64,000 bases of DNA from Dudresnaya verticillata (taxonomy: Eukaryota). Shown here piece after piece: positions 22,101-33,424 of this stretch. The stretch covers positions 1,426,001-1,490,000 of the forward strand of contig OZ374562.1 in the NCBI GenBank assembly GCA_977862235.1. Direction: 5' to 3'. Below the pieces are notes generated by a model, which made no database searches, was not told the origin of the DNA, and worked only from the letters and a program-made list of their open reading frames with translations. Both the position numbers and the translations under genes were made by a program. Positions within the stretch are counted from its first letter, which is position 1; every line of letters begins with the position of its first letter.

Positions 22101-23898
22101 GGCACACATTTACACAGATCATCGCAATCTGCTGTTTGTGTTTGCGCCTCTTGCGCTTGAACCCGCTCTGGGACGACACATCGTCTCAAAGGTCCAACGA
22201 TGGGCCTTATTCCTATCAAGGTTTCCGTACGTCATCGAGCACGTGCGTGGTACTTCTAACATCTTCGCTAACATCCTGACCCGCTGGGCGCGTGGTTACA
22301 GAAGAAAGAAAGTAGTTATGAAGACCATCAACAGTCTGTTGCAGTCCGCGGAGCAGGTTATCCCCTCGGCAGACGAAGTAGTCTGGCCTGATCGGAAACG
22401 CATTCGCGACGCGCAGAAGCAAGCAGGAAACATACCGAAGGAATTTAACCTGAATCCTGAGTCTGACCTGATCGAAAAAGACGGTCGTATCTGGATTCCT
22501 ACAGACAGCCTAGAGCTTCAGATGAAGATTCTAGTCGCCTCCCACTATGTAGTGATCGGACATCGAGGAGTAGATGGGAGCAAGAGTATCCTAAAGGAGA
22601 ACTTCTTTTGGGATACAATGGACAGAGATGTGGAGAAGCTCGTTCAGGGATGTTTGCACTGCATCATCACCCGATCTGGTCGAATAGTTCCTCGTCCACT
22701 CTCCCACGCACTTCATGGAGAGAAGCCCAATGAGGTCTTGCCCCTCGACTTTCTCTACATGGGATCGAGCTCCGATGGGAAATTATACTTGCTCATCCTC
22801 CGAGATGATCTCTCGACCTACACCTGGCTATGGCCATGCAAGGCCGCTAACAGTGAAGAAGCCGCTGATGCCGTCAGTCACTGGATCGCCTCTTTTGGCG
22901 CGATGGATTGAATGGTTTCAGATCAAGGTTCACACTTCAAGAACCAGCTGATTCAAGAGCTGACTGCAGAGCCACGCGTCCATCACCACTTCACTACCGC
23001 CTACTCCCCTTGGGCGAATGGAACAGTCGAAAGGGTCTGCCGCGAGGTTCTACGAGCCTGCAGAGCCCTTTGTAGTGAATGGAAACTGGCACCACGCGAT
23101 TGGCCTGCTGTGACGAAGTGTGTACAATCCGTTCTGAACAATGCACCGATAAGGAGACTTGGACTGCGAGATAAGTCGCAACCTGGAATCTACCGCACGC
23201 CGCTCGAAGCCTTCACTGGACAGCTACCGAAACGCCCGCTGATGCGAGCGATGCCTGTCGAGAGGTATCGAAACGCTCAGTCGCAGGATGAGGTTCGTCT
23301 ACGTCAGTTGGTCAATATCGAGGAGCTTCAAGACGCCCTTGGGCAGATGCACAGAAGCGTCGCCCTCGAGGCAAAAGCTTCACGCAAGCGTCAAGTTGAC
23401 GCACACAACCGCAAGACCAAGGTCCAGCCTGTTAATATTCAGGTTGGTGACTTTGTGCTTGTTCGTCGAGCGCAGGACAAGGGACATAAACTCAAGTTCC
23501 TGTGGATGGGTCCGCGTCGCGTTACTGCTGTCAAGTCCGAACTGGTTTTCGAAGTTGGGAGCCTGTTGGACCAGAAGCGGGAAATCGTGCACGCGCGCCG
23601 TCTGCTGCTGTACCGCGCCGACATGGAAGGAAAGGAAGTGGACATCAAGCTGCGTCGCGCCGCCGAGCACACCGAGGCTTCCTACCAGGATGCCCGGGCG
23701 CTGCGTGATATCCGCGAAGTTGGTGGCCAAGTCAAAATTCAGGTTGAATGGGACGGACTCCCAGATGCCGTTGACCTGACTTGGGAGCCACTGCAGCAAG
23801 TCCACGAAGACCTTCCGGAACTACTCGCCGAGTTCTTGGCCACTCCGGGCTGCGCCCGTGTCAAGGCAAAGGCTCGTGCTCAGTGTCATTCTACATGA
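19189..23898 (+). pseudogene. Gypsy gag-pol (gag, protease, RT, RNase H, integrase, chromodomain), frameshifted
   Basis: CLNPKCNEQHFMREC, LADQGSD, YRMAIDLRPVN, LDFVSAYWQ, WLDD, FTDAS, TDHRNL, SDQGSHF, NGTVER, VEWDGL...TWEP; split over ORFs 19171-20724, 20891-21526, 21523-22911 and 22912-23898. Confidence 0.92.
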
Positions 23899-24962
23899 CC
23901 TCGGTGGCGAACTGCCAATCTCGGTCATGGGGCACTGTTACACCTGAGCGCTATCGACGTGCTATTCAGGTCAGGACCCGCTGCGCGGAAACGGCTGCGC
24001 CGTTTAGCTCCTGACCTGAAATTCCGCTGCGCGGACAATGGCTGCGCCATTGAGCTACGTGGCACCGCCAGGTCTGCGACCGGGTGCCACGTGCAGCTGC
24101 TTGGCTGACGTTGTGAAGCAGTAGCAGGTCTCCTGGATTTATCCAGGCGCTGGTAATAATCTTCTGGTCGACAGGCAGCGCCTGATACGCAATCAGAATG
24201 AGATCACGGGCGTGTCCCCACGCCACAGCACCGACCCGGCGTTTCGTGTGGCCTGCGGCCCACGGTATACGCGGCAAGTCGATCTTCCTGTGCTTCTCGC
24301 TGCGCGAGGCACAGTTGTCGTCAAATCGGCTTGGGTTTGTCCACGGAGGTGGACGGGTTTTGGTGTTGGGATGATAACCGGCCCTACTCGACGGTATGTA
24401 GTCGGGAGGGGTCGGGACACACGCGGGGGCCGGTGCGTATAGTGCCGGGTAGATAGCGACGGCGGCCGGTGAGCTGACGAAGTTCTGGAGAGGTGCAGTT
24501 GGTAAAAGTCTTGGTGCCGGGAAGTAGGGAGCTTCCCGGTTCACGGCAACTTTATAGTCCTGTAGCGCTAGGCTTGACTGTGTAAAAACTAAACGGAGAG
24601 GGGTAAATTAGAGGGCGCCACCCAGGAATGGGTCTAAACACTACCAAATAGAAGCTATTCCTACAGCGTGGAGTTGGCCTCGCTGTCCAATGTTTGTCTA
24701 AGCGACGGTAAAGTGAACTGCATGGGTGACCTGGCCCATATTCTATGGTGCAGGAGGGTAGAGGTATCAATAATACCTCTGCTGCCTTTCGACTCCACTG
24801 TATTAATATCAGGCCGACGGCCGGCCTGATTTTGCTGTCCGTAGCAGCCCTTAGAAGTCAGTATGACTTTATCCATATCTAGCAGTCCTGAGCAGTCCTG
24901 CTCCGTCGACCAGTCAGTACTGTGGAAGTACGACACTCCCAAAACCTTTTCGCTTGACAAAC

Positions 24963-27900
24963 TCACATGGAACGTTCTACCCATTGTTCGATAGGATGGC
25001 TGAATCTGGCATTTTCCAGAATGGAGGACAGAGCTTCGCATGGGGTCTTCTTTGTTAACGAATCAGCCCGGTTATGTTCGGAGCGAACAAAACCAACTTG
25101 TGAAAGTTCGTTGTCTTTGTAAGCATTCTTAACTACCGCCAGGTCTATCATGAGACGTTTTTCGGCAGTCACGGTTGCCTTTGTGATGACGTCGAATAAA
25201 GACAAACTATCTGTTAGAGAAACAATGGGCACTTCTTGTCCAATCATTCTCTGGAGGTCGTGTTTGATAGAGTAGGCCATGTCAAACGCATCTGCGAACG
25301 CCATTGTCTCACTTCCTAATACTGATCTTGAAACGCGTTTGGACTTATGTGATGACCAATAGATGGGTTGACATTTGTCATCGGCATCGGCTAGAAATAT
25401 AATGTAGCCTAACTGAGACGTTCCATCAAAGTTATTTCCGTAAGAGGCATCCGAGTAGACTTGTATTCGAAGAGAGTCCTTTTTCAGCTTGGGGTAGCGA
25501 AGCGGAATGTTCTTCTTCCTTCTAAGTCTCCGTAATATGGCATTCAGTGTTTTAATGTGCTCGACTGGTTCTTTGTTGAAGCGAGTTTCAGTAACCTGAG
25601 CACATTGGGCGACTGAGAAAACAATGTCTGGCCTCGTGTTCGTGACCCATGATAACTTTGCTCTTAATGAACGGTACGCCTTGAAGCCAGAGTCACTACT
25701 CAAATATTTTAGCTTGGAGATGTACTTTTGCTGGGGTACTTGGAACTCTGATCCGTGAGTCTCCACTTGGACACCTACAAACTGAAAATTGTCGTAGACT
25801 CTTTCTCGACACTGAAATTTCTCTTCTGTTTTTCGGGAGGCTTCTAGGAACTCAGGGCTTGCTGCTTGTAGTGAGTCATCAACATATGTAGCACACATTC
25901 CTGCGAGTTTCTCGTCCATTAACTGGAAGAATAGTGCACCATCCGAAGCTGTTGTTCGCATTCCAAGTTCGTTCCGGAGGTGATCGTAAAGGGTTTTTCC
26001 CCAGTAGTCTCCACTATCCGCAAGACCATACAGTGGTTTTAAAAGTTTTAACAACTGATCCTTGCCTAGTTCAAACTCGCCGGAGGGTTTTATGTATACG
26101 TCTCGCATCAGTTTCTCGGCGCTTTGGAGGTATGCTTGAGTTACGTCTGTAGAGTATAGACGGAAACCGAACATTGCGGCGAGCTCTATAAGAACGCGAG
26201 TTGAGTGTTGCCTTGCCGTGGCAGTATCGTGTACTAAGGACGTCTTCATACGATCTCTGTATCCTTGTACGACGAACCTGGCCTTCCAAACTTCTTTGTT
26301 GGTTCCCTCATCCTTAATTGCAAGTACAAAACGTCCACCTAGTACGTTGGCATTGTCTTCAATCTCCTCCTTTAGAGCTATTTTCCAAGTTCCTCTGTCT
26401 ATTAAACCCTTTATCTTTTTCTTCTTTGCATTTTCGAAGCGAGGGTCTTTTGCTCTGGGGTCTCCAGGTTTGATAATCTCGGTCAAGTAGACTGAGAACG
26501 GAGGGGCAGTGGGTCTGTTATTTGTTCTGAAGGAAGTAAGTAGGTTCTGGTAGAATTCATCAGGATTTATTTCACCCCCCGGTAGGTCTTGTTTGTCTCG
26601 GAAGTATGGTTTCACCTGCTGACTGTTATACCTCTCTTTGTCTTTGGTATCTGTATTGTCGACCGTAACCATTCTCCCATCGAAGTCGAAGTCAAGGACC
26701 CTGTAAGGTCCAAACCACTTGTTTCTCCATTTCTCTTCCCTTGCAATGAGAACTTCATCTCCCGGAAGATAGATTCGATCAGCTGCCAGAGGAACTCGAT
26801 GTTGCAACGCGGCCAGTACCCTTCGTTCAGAAATAATAGTGTTCATTTCCGTGCGAGCTTCGTTGAGAATGTTCATGCGTTCCTGTTGCGATGGCATGTT
26901 CGAATTGACGATTGGAAAACGCGGGATAATTCCGAATGCGAGTAGCGATGGTACTAATCCATTTTCTCCGATCGTATCATTCATTGCTTTTACAGCAAGC
27001 TTAAGGACAGTATTCGGTGATTCTTGAGGGTGATTATGGCGGACTTTGTTATATATTCGTCTTAATGGGCCATACATTCTTTCTCCTATACCTAGGGAGT
27101 TATGTGCTTGAACACCCGATATCTGTAGCTGTATCCCGACGTTGTCCGTAAATTCCTTCCATCGAGGGGATGTAAATATAGACCCCGAATCGGCCTTCAT
27201 GCGGTTAGGATAACCTGTATACATGGTACACCATACTTCAATAAACGCTCGCCAGACTCCTTCTACGCTTTGGCCATATTTGGTGAGATGAGCGTCGAGA
27301 AAAGTAGCTGCGGAGAAGCGGGTTGCAGTATCTACAATGTGTAAGACTGCTTTAGAGTCAAGAAACATGAGATCTAGTGACGGCTCTTCCCCAAAGACTA
27401 GCTCGTCCGTATGTGGCATCTTGACTTTGAACCTGAGCGGTGCTGGTCCGAATCGTTGGCAAGTGTCACAAGACTTACTTATGTCTTCTAGTATGCCTCT
27501 TGTCTCCTTAGTCATATCCTGTGGCCTTGCTCGTTTCAGGAGATTGTACAGTTTGTCGTTTGTTGGATGTTGAAGGCCTCGATGTAGTTTTATGAGCTCT
27601 GACTTCGTGAATAAAATGTCATCAGTGTGTTTCCACTCTAAGTACACATGTCCGAGTTTCCTGACTACTTCTGTACTCCACCCTCCTTTGGGACATCTTA
27701 GTCTGTTCTCGACTGTATCAACGTAGACCCCGAGGGTATCCATTACGTCGAGTCCAATAAGAAAAGGAACATTTGCTTGTACTACGTCGACTTCTACTAC
27801 TGCAAACGATTCTTTGGTAAGAGGGATTCGGATATTTATCGATCCGAGCGACTCTTGGGTATCCTCTCCGAAGCGGTAGCTGTTGCCGTTCTGTTTTGGT

Positions 27901-28244
27901 TTGAACTTGACGCCCATATATCGACAGTATGCCTTGGCCTGATTTAGACCAATAACTGTGCGTTGAGCGCCTGTGTCAATGCATCCTCCATTCCACTTAT
28001 TAGGATCACGCTTTTGTAGGTAAACGTTGGCTACTGAAGTTTCAAAAACAATGTAGCTGTTCATCTTGGACGCTTTCGTTCTATCGCGTTTCTTCTTGCG
28101 CCAATATGTAGCAAAAGATGACCTTGTAGTAGGCTTCTTCATTCTACACCTGGTTTTATGGAGAACAGTCTCGAAGTAAGGCCCTGGACCTTTTATGGGT
28201 CTTACATTTCGACGGTGGATGTGGCTGTCTCCGCTTAAAAATCC
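24963..28244 (-). CDS. Pol (protease, integrase, reverse transcriptase, RNase H), in -1 frame relative to gag
   Basis: Open 1059-aa ORF whose frame extends up to the slippery site; CIDTGAQ, HRGLQHP...CDTC, VDTATRFS, DVTQAYLQ, YVDDSL, YSDAS, RLMIDL. Confidence 0.92.
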   Translation of the reverse strand, partial: GFLSGDSHIHRRNVRPIKGPGPYFETVLHKTRCRMKKPTTRSSFATYWRKKKRDRTKASKMNSYIVFETSVANVYLQKRDPNKWNGGCIDTGAQRTVIGLNQAKAYCRYMGVKFKPKQNGNSYRFGEDTQESLGSINIRIPLTKESFAVVEVDVVQANVPFLIGLDVMDTLGVYVDTVENRLRCPKGGWSTEVVRKLGHVYLEWKHTDDILFTKSELIKLHRGLQHPTNDKLYNLLKRARPQDMTKETRGILEDISKSCDTCQRFGPAPLRFKVKMPHTDELVFGEEPSLDLMFLDSKAVLHIVDTATRFSAATFLDAHLTKYGQSVEGVWRAFIEVWCTMYTGYPNRMKADSGSIFTSPRWKEFTDNVGIQLQISGVQAHNSLGIGERMYGPLRRIYNKVRHNHPQESPNTVLKLAVKAMNDTIGENGLVPSLLAFGIIPRFPIVNSNMPSQQERMNILNEARTEMNTIISERRVLAALQHRVPLAADRIYLPGDEVLIAREEKWRNKWFGPYRVLDFDFDGRMVTVDNTDTKDKERYNSQQVKPYFRDKQDLPGGEINPDEFYQNLLTSFRTNNRPTAPPFSVYLTEIIKPGDPRAKDPRFENAKKKKIKGLIDRGTWKIALKEEIEDNANVLGGRFVLAIKDEGTNKEVWKARFVVQGYRDRMKTSLVHDTATARQHSTRVLIELAAMFGFRLYSTDVTQAYLQSAEKLMRDVYIKPSGEFELGKDQLLKLLKPLYGLADSGDYWGKTLYDHLRNELGMRTTASDGALFFQLMDEKLAGMCATYVDDSLQAASPEFLEASRKTEEKFQCRERVYDNFQFVGVQVETHGSEFQVPQQKYISKLKYLSSDSGFKAYRSLRAKLSWVTNTRPDIVFSVAQCAQVTETRFNKEPVEHIKTLNAILRRLRRKKNIPLRYPKLKKDSLRIQVYSDASYGNNFDGTSQLGYIIFLADADDKCQPIYWSSHKSKRVSRSVLGSETMAFADAFDMAYSIKHDLQRMIGQEVPIVSLTDSLSLFDVITKATVTAEKRLMIDLAVVKNAYKDNELSQVGFVRSEHNRADSLTKKTPCEALSSILENARFSHPIEQWVERSM

Positions 28245-29825
28245 TCTGGGTCTAGGAGCTCGGTTAGACCTTTAGTCGTCTCTTCTTCCTCGTTAACAAC
28301 ACGTTGGTGGAAGTTGGTCGCGGCTTCTTCTTTTCCATCGCTATCATCTTCTGATGAGGCAGATGACGGGATGGGTGCATGTTCTTGTGCGAAGAATTCC
28401 TCGAATACTTCATCTTCGTCATCGAACAGGGCGTCCTCAGCTTGGACACAAAGCTCGAATATTATTTGCTTAGATTTCTGTGGATCTGTCTTAATCATTC
28501 TGCTAACGTTGCGAAGAATGTTTCTTCCGTTGGGGCAGTTGCGAATAAAATGATCCTTACTTCCGCAATTATGACACTATCGAACGTTTCCGAACTTGTC
28601 TACTCCGTTCCTACCCGCTCCGGCGTCTTTGTTTCTATCGCGGAACGGCTGGTAAGTTCGTGGAGCTGGTCGATAATTACGTGGGGCTGAGGAGCGGGAG
28701 CCTGGTTTACGAGGTCTTCCGTACATTCCTTGACCTTGGTAGTACAAGCCTGGGACGGTATTACCGTCTGAAGGGGGCGAATATCGGGATGAAGCTCCAT
28801 CCTTCTTACGTCCTTCCTCTTCTTCTTGTTCTTGCAGCCATGCCGAATCTAAGGCCGTGTACAGTTGCTGAAAGTCCCAAGGTGGAGTAACAGACTGGGC
28901 GTTTGTAAGGGGGCCCTTTGCCCAACTAGCACCTACAACTGCTTTATACAGATATTCGACCTTATCTTCTTGGGACTGGTGGGTTTTCGGACCTTGCGGA
29001 GCGACCTTTGTGATGGTTTCACGTAGTTCCTCGAGGGCTTCAGTTACGGTGCACCTTTTCGATTTAACGATGGAGTTTAGTCGAAGGCTTTGGAGGTGTT
29101 TCCGAACGCGGTTCTGACGCGTGATGTTGTTGAACTCATCCTGCATAAGTTTAATGGCAGCTCCAAAAGTATCGCAGTGGTCGAGAACCTTCTCACAGTA
29201 AAACCTTTTTGCTTCTCCGTCGAATACGTTGTGGAAGAACTGTAATTTCTGGGAGCTCGTCAAATCGTAGTCGCGACCGGCATCCAGATAGTTGCTGATG
29301 TGTTCGGATAGATCTTCTCCGAGTTTTCCCGTGAACTTGTCGGCATTCTTGAACCTTGTGGCAATATTGTGTGCCAGCTTCTGTTCGTCCGTTATACTAG
29401 TGGAAGAGTGAGAACCACTGTGTGGTGCATTGCTGCCGTTACCCTGCTCTCCTATTTGACTCACGTTCGATGATGCAACTATAAGACGGGAGATTGCACT
29501 GTTACGTTCTGCGTCGGTCGTATAGAGCATATTAGGTAGTCCATAGGCGATTCGGTTGTTATCAGGATGCTGCTGATATACTAAGCCCTTCAGACTAAGG
29601 TAATCGCGGATAATCCTAAATAGTGTGGCCGGGCCTCTCAACACATCCTCATCGTATAAGCTTTCCACAGAGAAAGTCCTCGCGGAGAGCTAAAATGATC
29701 TCTCCGTCAGGTGGCTGTGGGTCGGCTGAAACGTGTACAGCGAGTGCCGCTTTGAGATCCTGCTGAAAATCCGTGCTCGGGGAATACCCATTTAATTGAC
29801 TTCGGATGGATGTTAAAGTCACCAT
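28235..29825 (-). pseudogene. gag with one frameshift (~29675) and one in-frame TAG (28577-28579)
   Basis: ATG at 29825 (MVTLTSIRSQLNG); capsid-like KFTGKLGEDLSEHISNY; knuckle CHNCGSKDHFIRNC directly after the stop; acidic tail ending DPEDF*. Confidence 0.85.
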
Positions 29826-30020
29826 TTTTTTCTTGCCTTTTTGTGTGTTTTTTTAGACTATCTCTACTTTGTGTTTTTTTGCTTTAGACTGTCTCTACTT
29901 TGTGTTCTTTTCTATTTGTTTTTTCTTTGTTTTTTGTTTTTCTTTTTTTACCTTCCCTTTTCTTTCCGTCTCTTTTCTCGCTTTTCCCTCCTCCTCTTTT
30001 TTCTTTTCTTTTTTTTCTTG
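29826..30020 (-). other. A-rich spacer between the zinc-finger ORF and gag
   Basis: Strongly A/purine-rich on the minus strand; includes two copies of AACACAAAGTAGAGAYAGTCTAAA; ends directly at the gag ATG. Confidence 0.7.
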
Positions 30021-30037
30021 AAGTGTTTAACTATTTA

Positions 30038-30683
30038 CTACTTGTAATTGAGCCTGGCGGCGAGGTCTTGATTACGAGCGCGTTGTAGAGTATTTCTGTG
30101 CTTCTTGCCTATAATATGCTTTTCGTAGTCGTGCTTGGAAATAAAGGACAAATCGCAAGGTTTGCAACAGTGTTTTTCACGCACGTCGCGGATGCGGTCG
30201 AGTTGCTTGCGATGCGCAATACCGCCTAGGTGGATTGTGTATTGGTGCCGGTTAACAAACCAGCGAACACAGTCCTTGCACTGAACGCGGCGATTTTGTC
30301 GACGGCGAGTCTTCTCGATAGTGCGGGCAGCGCGCAGTATTGTTGAAGACGAAGCAATAGGTAGTGTCTTCAGTTGGCGCTGTGTCTGCTCTGGTTCTTG
30401 ATGGGAAGTATTATTCGATTCTGAGTTGAAGATTGAGGTAGAATTAATACTCGTCGTGCCGGCTTCATGCGCTTCTTCTTCTATTAATGGTCGTGCAGTA
30501 GGTACTTCATAGCTTGATGATGAACTTGACGATTCGATACTGGCCCTCCTGCGCTGTTCTCGCAGAACAGGTGGGTCGATAGAGGCTCGTTTCAAACGCG
30601 CCACTAAAAGAAAATAAAACGTTAGAGTCCCACGAAATTAATTCCTGATAGAGACGCTTTGATACAGCAAGTATCAACTTACT
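30038..30683 (-). CDS. 188-aa protein with two matrin/U1/JAZ-type C2H2 zinc fingers; start codon split by intron 30604-30682
   Basis: Two C-x2-C-x12-H-x5-H motifs; donor A|GTAAGT at 30683/30682, branch CTAAC, pyrimidine tract and TTTTAG|TG at 30604/30603; splicing gives AAAAC-ATG-GCG. Confidence 0.85.
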
Positions 30684-32205
30684 GTTTTCTAATACCGTTT
30701 GTTGTCTATGATAGACCAGAAAAATTCTGAGGGTTGCTTCTCCAAGGAATACCAGTCAGTGGTTAATTCCTTGAAGAAACAGTAGCCCGAAACAAATAAT
30801 AAAAGAAGTCTTCTTGCGATCGACGTATAATCCGGATTGTCGTCAAATCGGCTTGGGTTTGTCCACGGAGGTGGACGGGTTTTGGTGTTGGGATGATAAC
30901 CGGCCCTACTCGACGGTATGTAGTCGGGAGGGGTCGGGACACACGCGGGGGCCGGTGCGTATAGTGCCGGGTAGATAGCGACGGCGGCCGGTGAGCTGAC
31001 GAAGTTCTGGAGTGGTGCAGTTGGTAAAATTCTTGGTGCCGGGAAGTAGGGAGCTTCCCGGTTCACGGCAACTTTATAGACCTGTAGCGCTAGGATTGAC
31101 TGTGTAAAAACTAAACGGAGAGGGGTAAATTAGAGGGCGCCACCCAGGAATGGGTCTAAACACTACCAAATAGAAGCTATTCCTACAGCGTGGAGTTGGC
31201 CTCGCTGTCCAATGTTTGTCTAAGCGACGGTAAAGTAAACTGCATGGGTGACCTGGCCTATATTCTATGGTGGAGGAGGGTAGAGGTATCAATAATACCT
31301 CTGCTGCCTTTCGACTCCTCCACTGTATTAATATCAGGCCGACGGTCGGCCTGATTTTGCTAGCAACTGCTGTCCGTAGCAGCCCTTAGAAGTCAGTATG
31401 ACTTTATCCATATGCAGCAGTCCTGAGCAGTCCTGCTCCGTCGACCAGTCAGTACTGTGGAAGTACGACAACAGTCCCCTGTCTTTGGTAGCAGAACGCG
31501 AGCCGCGTTCTCAATAAAGGCAGCCCTCTCTCGGCGAACTGACCGAGCGGAGGAGCAACGCCACCCACCGCGACGGTGCTCCTCTCCCAGGAATTCACAA
31601 GGTGCGAATAGTGAAGCACACGGGGATGCAGTAATTGTGACTACTGTAGTTCAAGCGTGAAAGGCCAGCCGACCCTCCACACTCTGTGGACTCGGAAATT
31701 GACACTCGGTCACTCCGCCACCCCCGTGGCTGATGAGAAGACAAGAAAGTAGTGGCGGCTGTGGCTGCTTTCAGTTTATTTTGAAGGGTCAGTAGAGCCG
31801 CCCACACTTTACGATTTGACATGTACTTTCTGGCTATCTCACCTTCGGTATCTGACATTGCGAAAAGCGAAACCGCCGAGTCTCGCAATGCCTAATCGAA
31901 TGCTTGGCGGGTGACGGTCCAGATCGGAAAGCATGAGCGAGCATGCTCATGTTCCGAGCTCGAGGGTGTGTTGCCCAGCGGAGTTGAGCTTCTCTGCCTG
32001 CGGGGACGGGTACCTTACCGTAACCATTCACAACGCTTGTGAGCAGTGGACGGAGACGGAGCCGCTCACTTAGCTCACTAACGGTAGGTGCGTTGAGAAT
32101 TAACACTGGGCCACTCGACCACTCGCTTAGCCAATGAGAAGATTAAGTATTGCGGCAGTGTCTACTGTTGGTCAAATGTGGACGGTCTGTGTAGACTCCT
32201 TTCCA

Positions 32206-32389
32206 TGTAGACTCCTCTCCAGCTTCGCACAAGCACGCACCCACGGGACTCGATCGCGGGATCGACCCCACGATCTCGATTGCGGACCAAGTAAAACGAA
32301 ACCACCAAGCTACTACCGATTCCCTGTGGCTTTGCTAGGGGTCGTGCTGCGATGCTCCCTACTTAATATCCTATCTCAGTAGGAATCTA
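32206..32389 (-). repeat. Dispersed repeat with tRNA-like core (SINE-like), copy 2
   Basis: A box TAGCTTGGTGG and a duplicated B-box-like GGGTCGATCCC/GATCGAGTCCC; aligns with 13232-13404. Confidence 0.55.
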
Positions 32390-33424
32390 GATCTGCAAAC
32401 CCCTCAGCACTTTATCATTTGACGTCTACTTCCAATCTCACCTTCGGTATCCGACATTGTGTGAAGTCAGAGCTTGGCGGTTGACGATCCCAATTGAAAA
32501 ACGTGTGCAAGCATGCTCGTGTGCTGAGCACGTGCCGGTGTCAACACCGTATACAACGATGTAGCATAGCCGAGTTGCGCCCAGACCAGCCGAGTTGTGC
32601 CTTGATAGCGGCCGGGGTGGGTACCGACCACAAAACCATTCCGAGCGCGTGTGTTGTGACGCTGGAGCACTGCTCGCACAGTGGCCTTATACTACAGTGT
32701 GGCATATGCGCGCTCTACGAAGTGAGAGGTATTTTCATGGTCGAGATTTCGGTCGAAGCCATTTGGTGCTCCGGCCTCCTCAAATGAAAACTCGGTTTCA
32801 TATTAGGGTGAACATTGGAAAAACGTAATCAAGATACAGTATGCTGCCGGCACACAAGCGCCCGCTAATGCGTCATGAGTCACTTCCATCCATCAAGGCT
32901 TGCAGTAATTCGAGAGCCTGCGGGCCCCGCTGCTCGGCGCGCCGCTGGAGGGCAATGCTCTCGCCGCCGCCCACAGCCGCCGGGTCCAATCTGTAGAGTA
33001 GCAGATAAAGGCGCACGGTGTGGGTCACCGCGGAGTGAAGCGGGAACGAACAGGTACCCCCGTTGCAGCGCCGTCCACCTTCGCCAAGCCTTCCCTTTAA
33101 TTCCCTTGCGCTCCATCGTCCTTATAGCGCCTCCCCTGCAACAAAGCGCGCACCTCCGCACGCGCGTTGTGAGCAAAGTCCCCGAGTCGTCACAGTGTCC
33201 AGTAGACGGATCATTGCTAACAGTAGTCGCAACCGCAGCCCTCCATCTGACAAGTAGCGGTGTAGTGGTGTCAAACGCTATTCCTGAATCGCCACCATGC
33301 ATGACAGTTCCCGAATCCACCGAGTAATTCTTAACCTTTAGCCCGTTCGAGCGCGAAAGTCTAAAGCAATGCGTGAAGATTCCCATACTTCTACGTGTAA
33401 AATGGTCGCTACTCTTTAAACTAG

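Larger units (their letters stand above)
24316..31470 (-). mobile_element. Nested Copia-order LTR retrotransposon (GalEa-like by inference) with an extra zinc-finger gene
   Basis: 5' LTR 30838-31470 and 3' LTR 24316-24935 (TGTCG...CGACA); 5-bp TSD ACAGT (24311-24315, 31471-31475); domain order PR-IN-RT-RH. Confidence 0.95.
18613..31599 (+). mobile_element. Ty3/Gypsy chromodomain LTR retrotransposon; 3' LTR interrupted by a nested Copia
   Basis: 5' LTR 18613-19116; 3' LTR 23936-24315 plus 31476-31599; 4-bp TSD AGGT (18609-18612, 31600-31603). Confidence 0.95.

Noticed and set aside
28577..28579. Programmed stop-codon readthrough in gag
   Set aside because: A single substitution (e.g. AAG to TAG) before the knuckle is simpler, and gag carries another lesion.
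29841..30088. Phe/Leu-rich 'membrane' ORFs
   Set aside because: Translation artefacts of the T-rich strand of the A-rich spacer.
30689..31066. ORFs inside LTRs (also 23966-24544 and 18643-19134)
   Set aside because: They are duplicated only because the LTRs are, start at non-ATG codons and show no domain.
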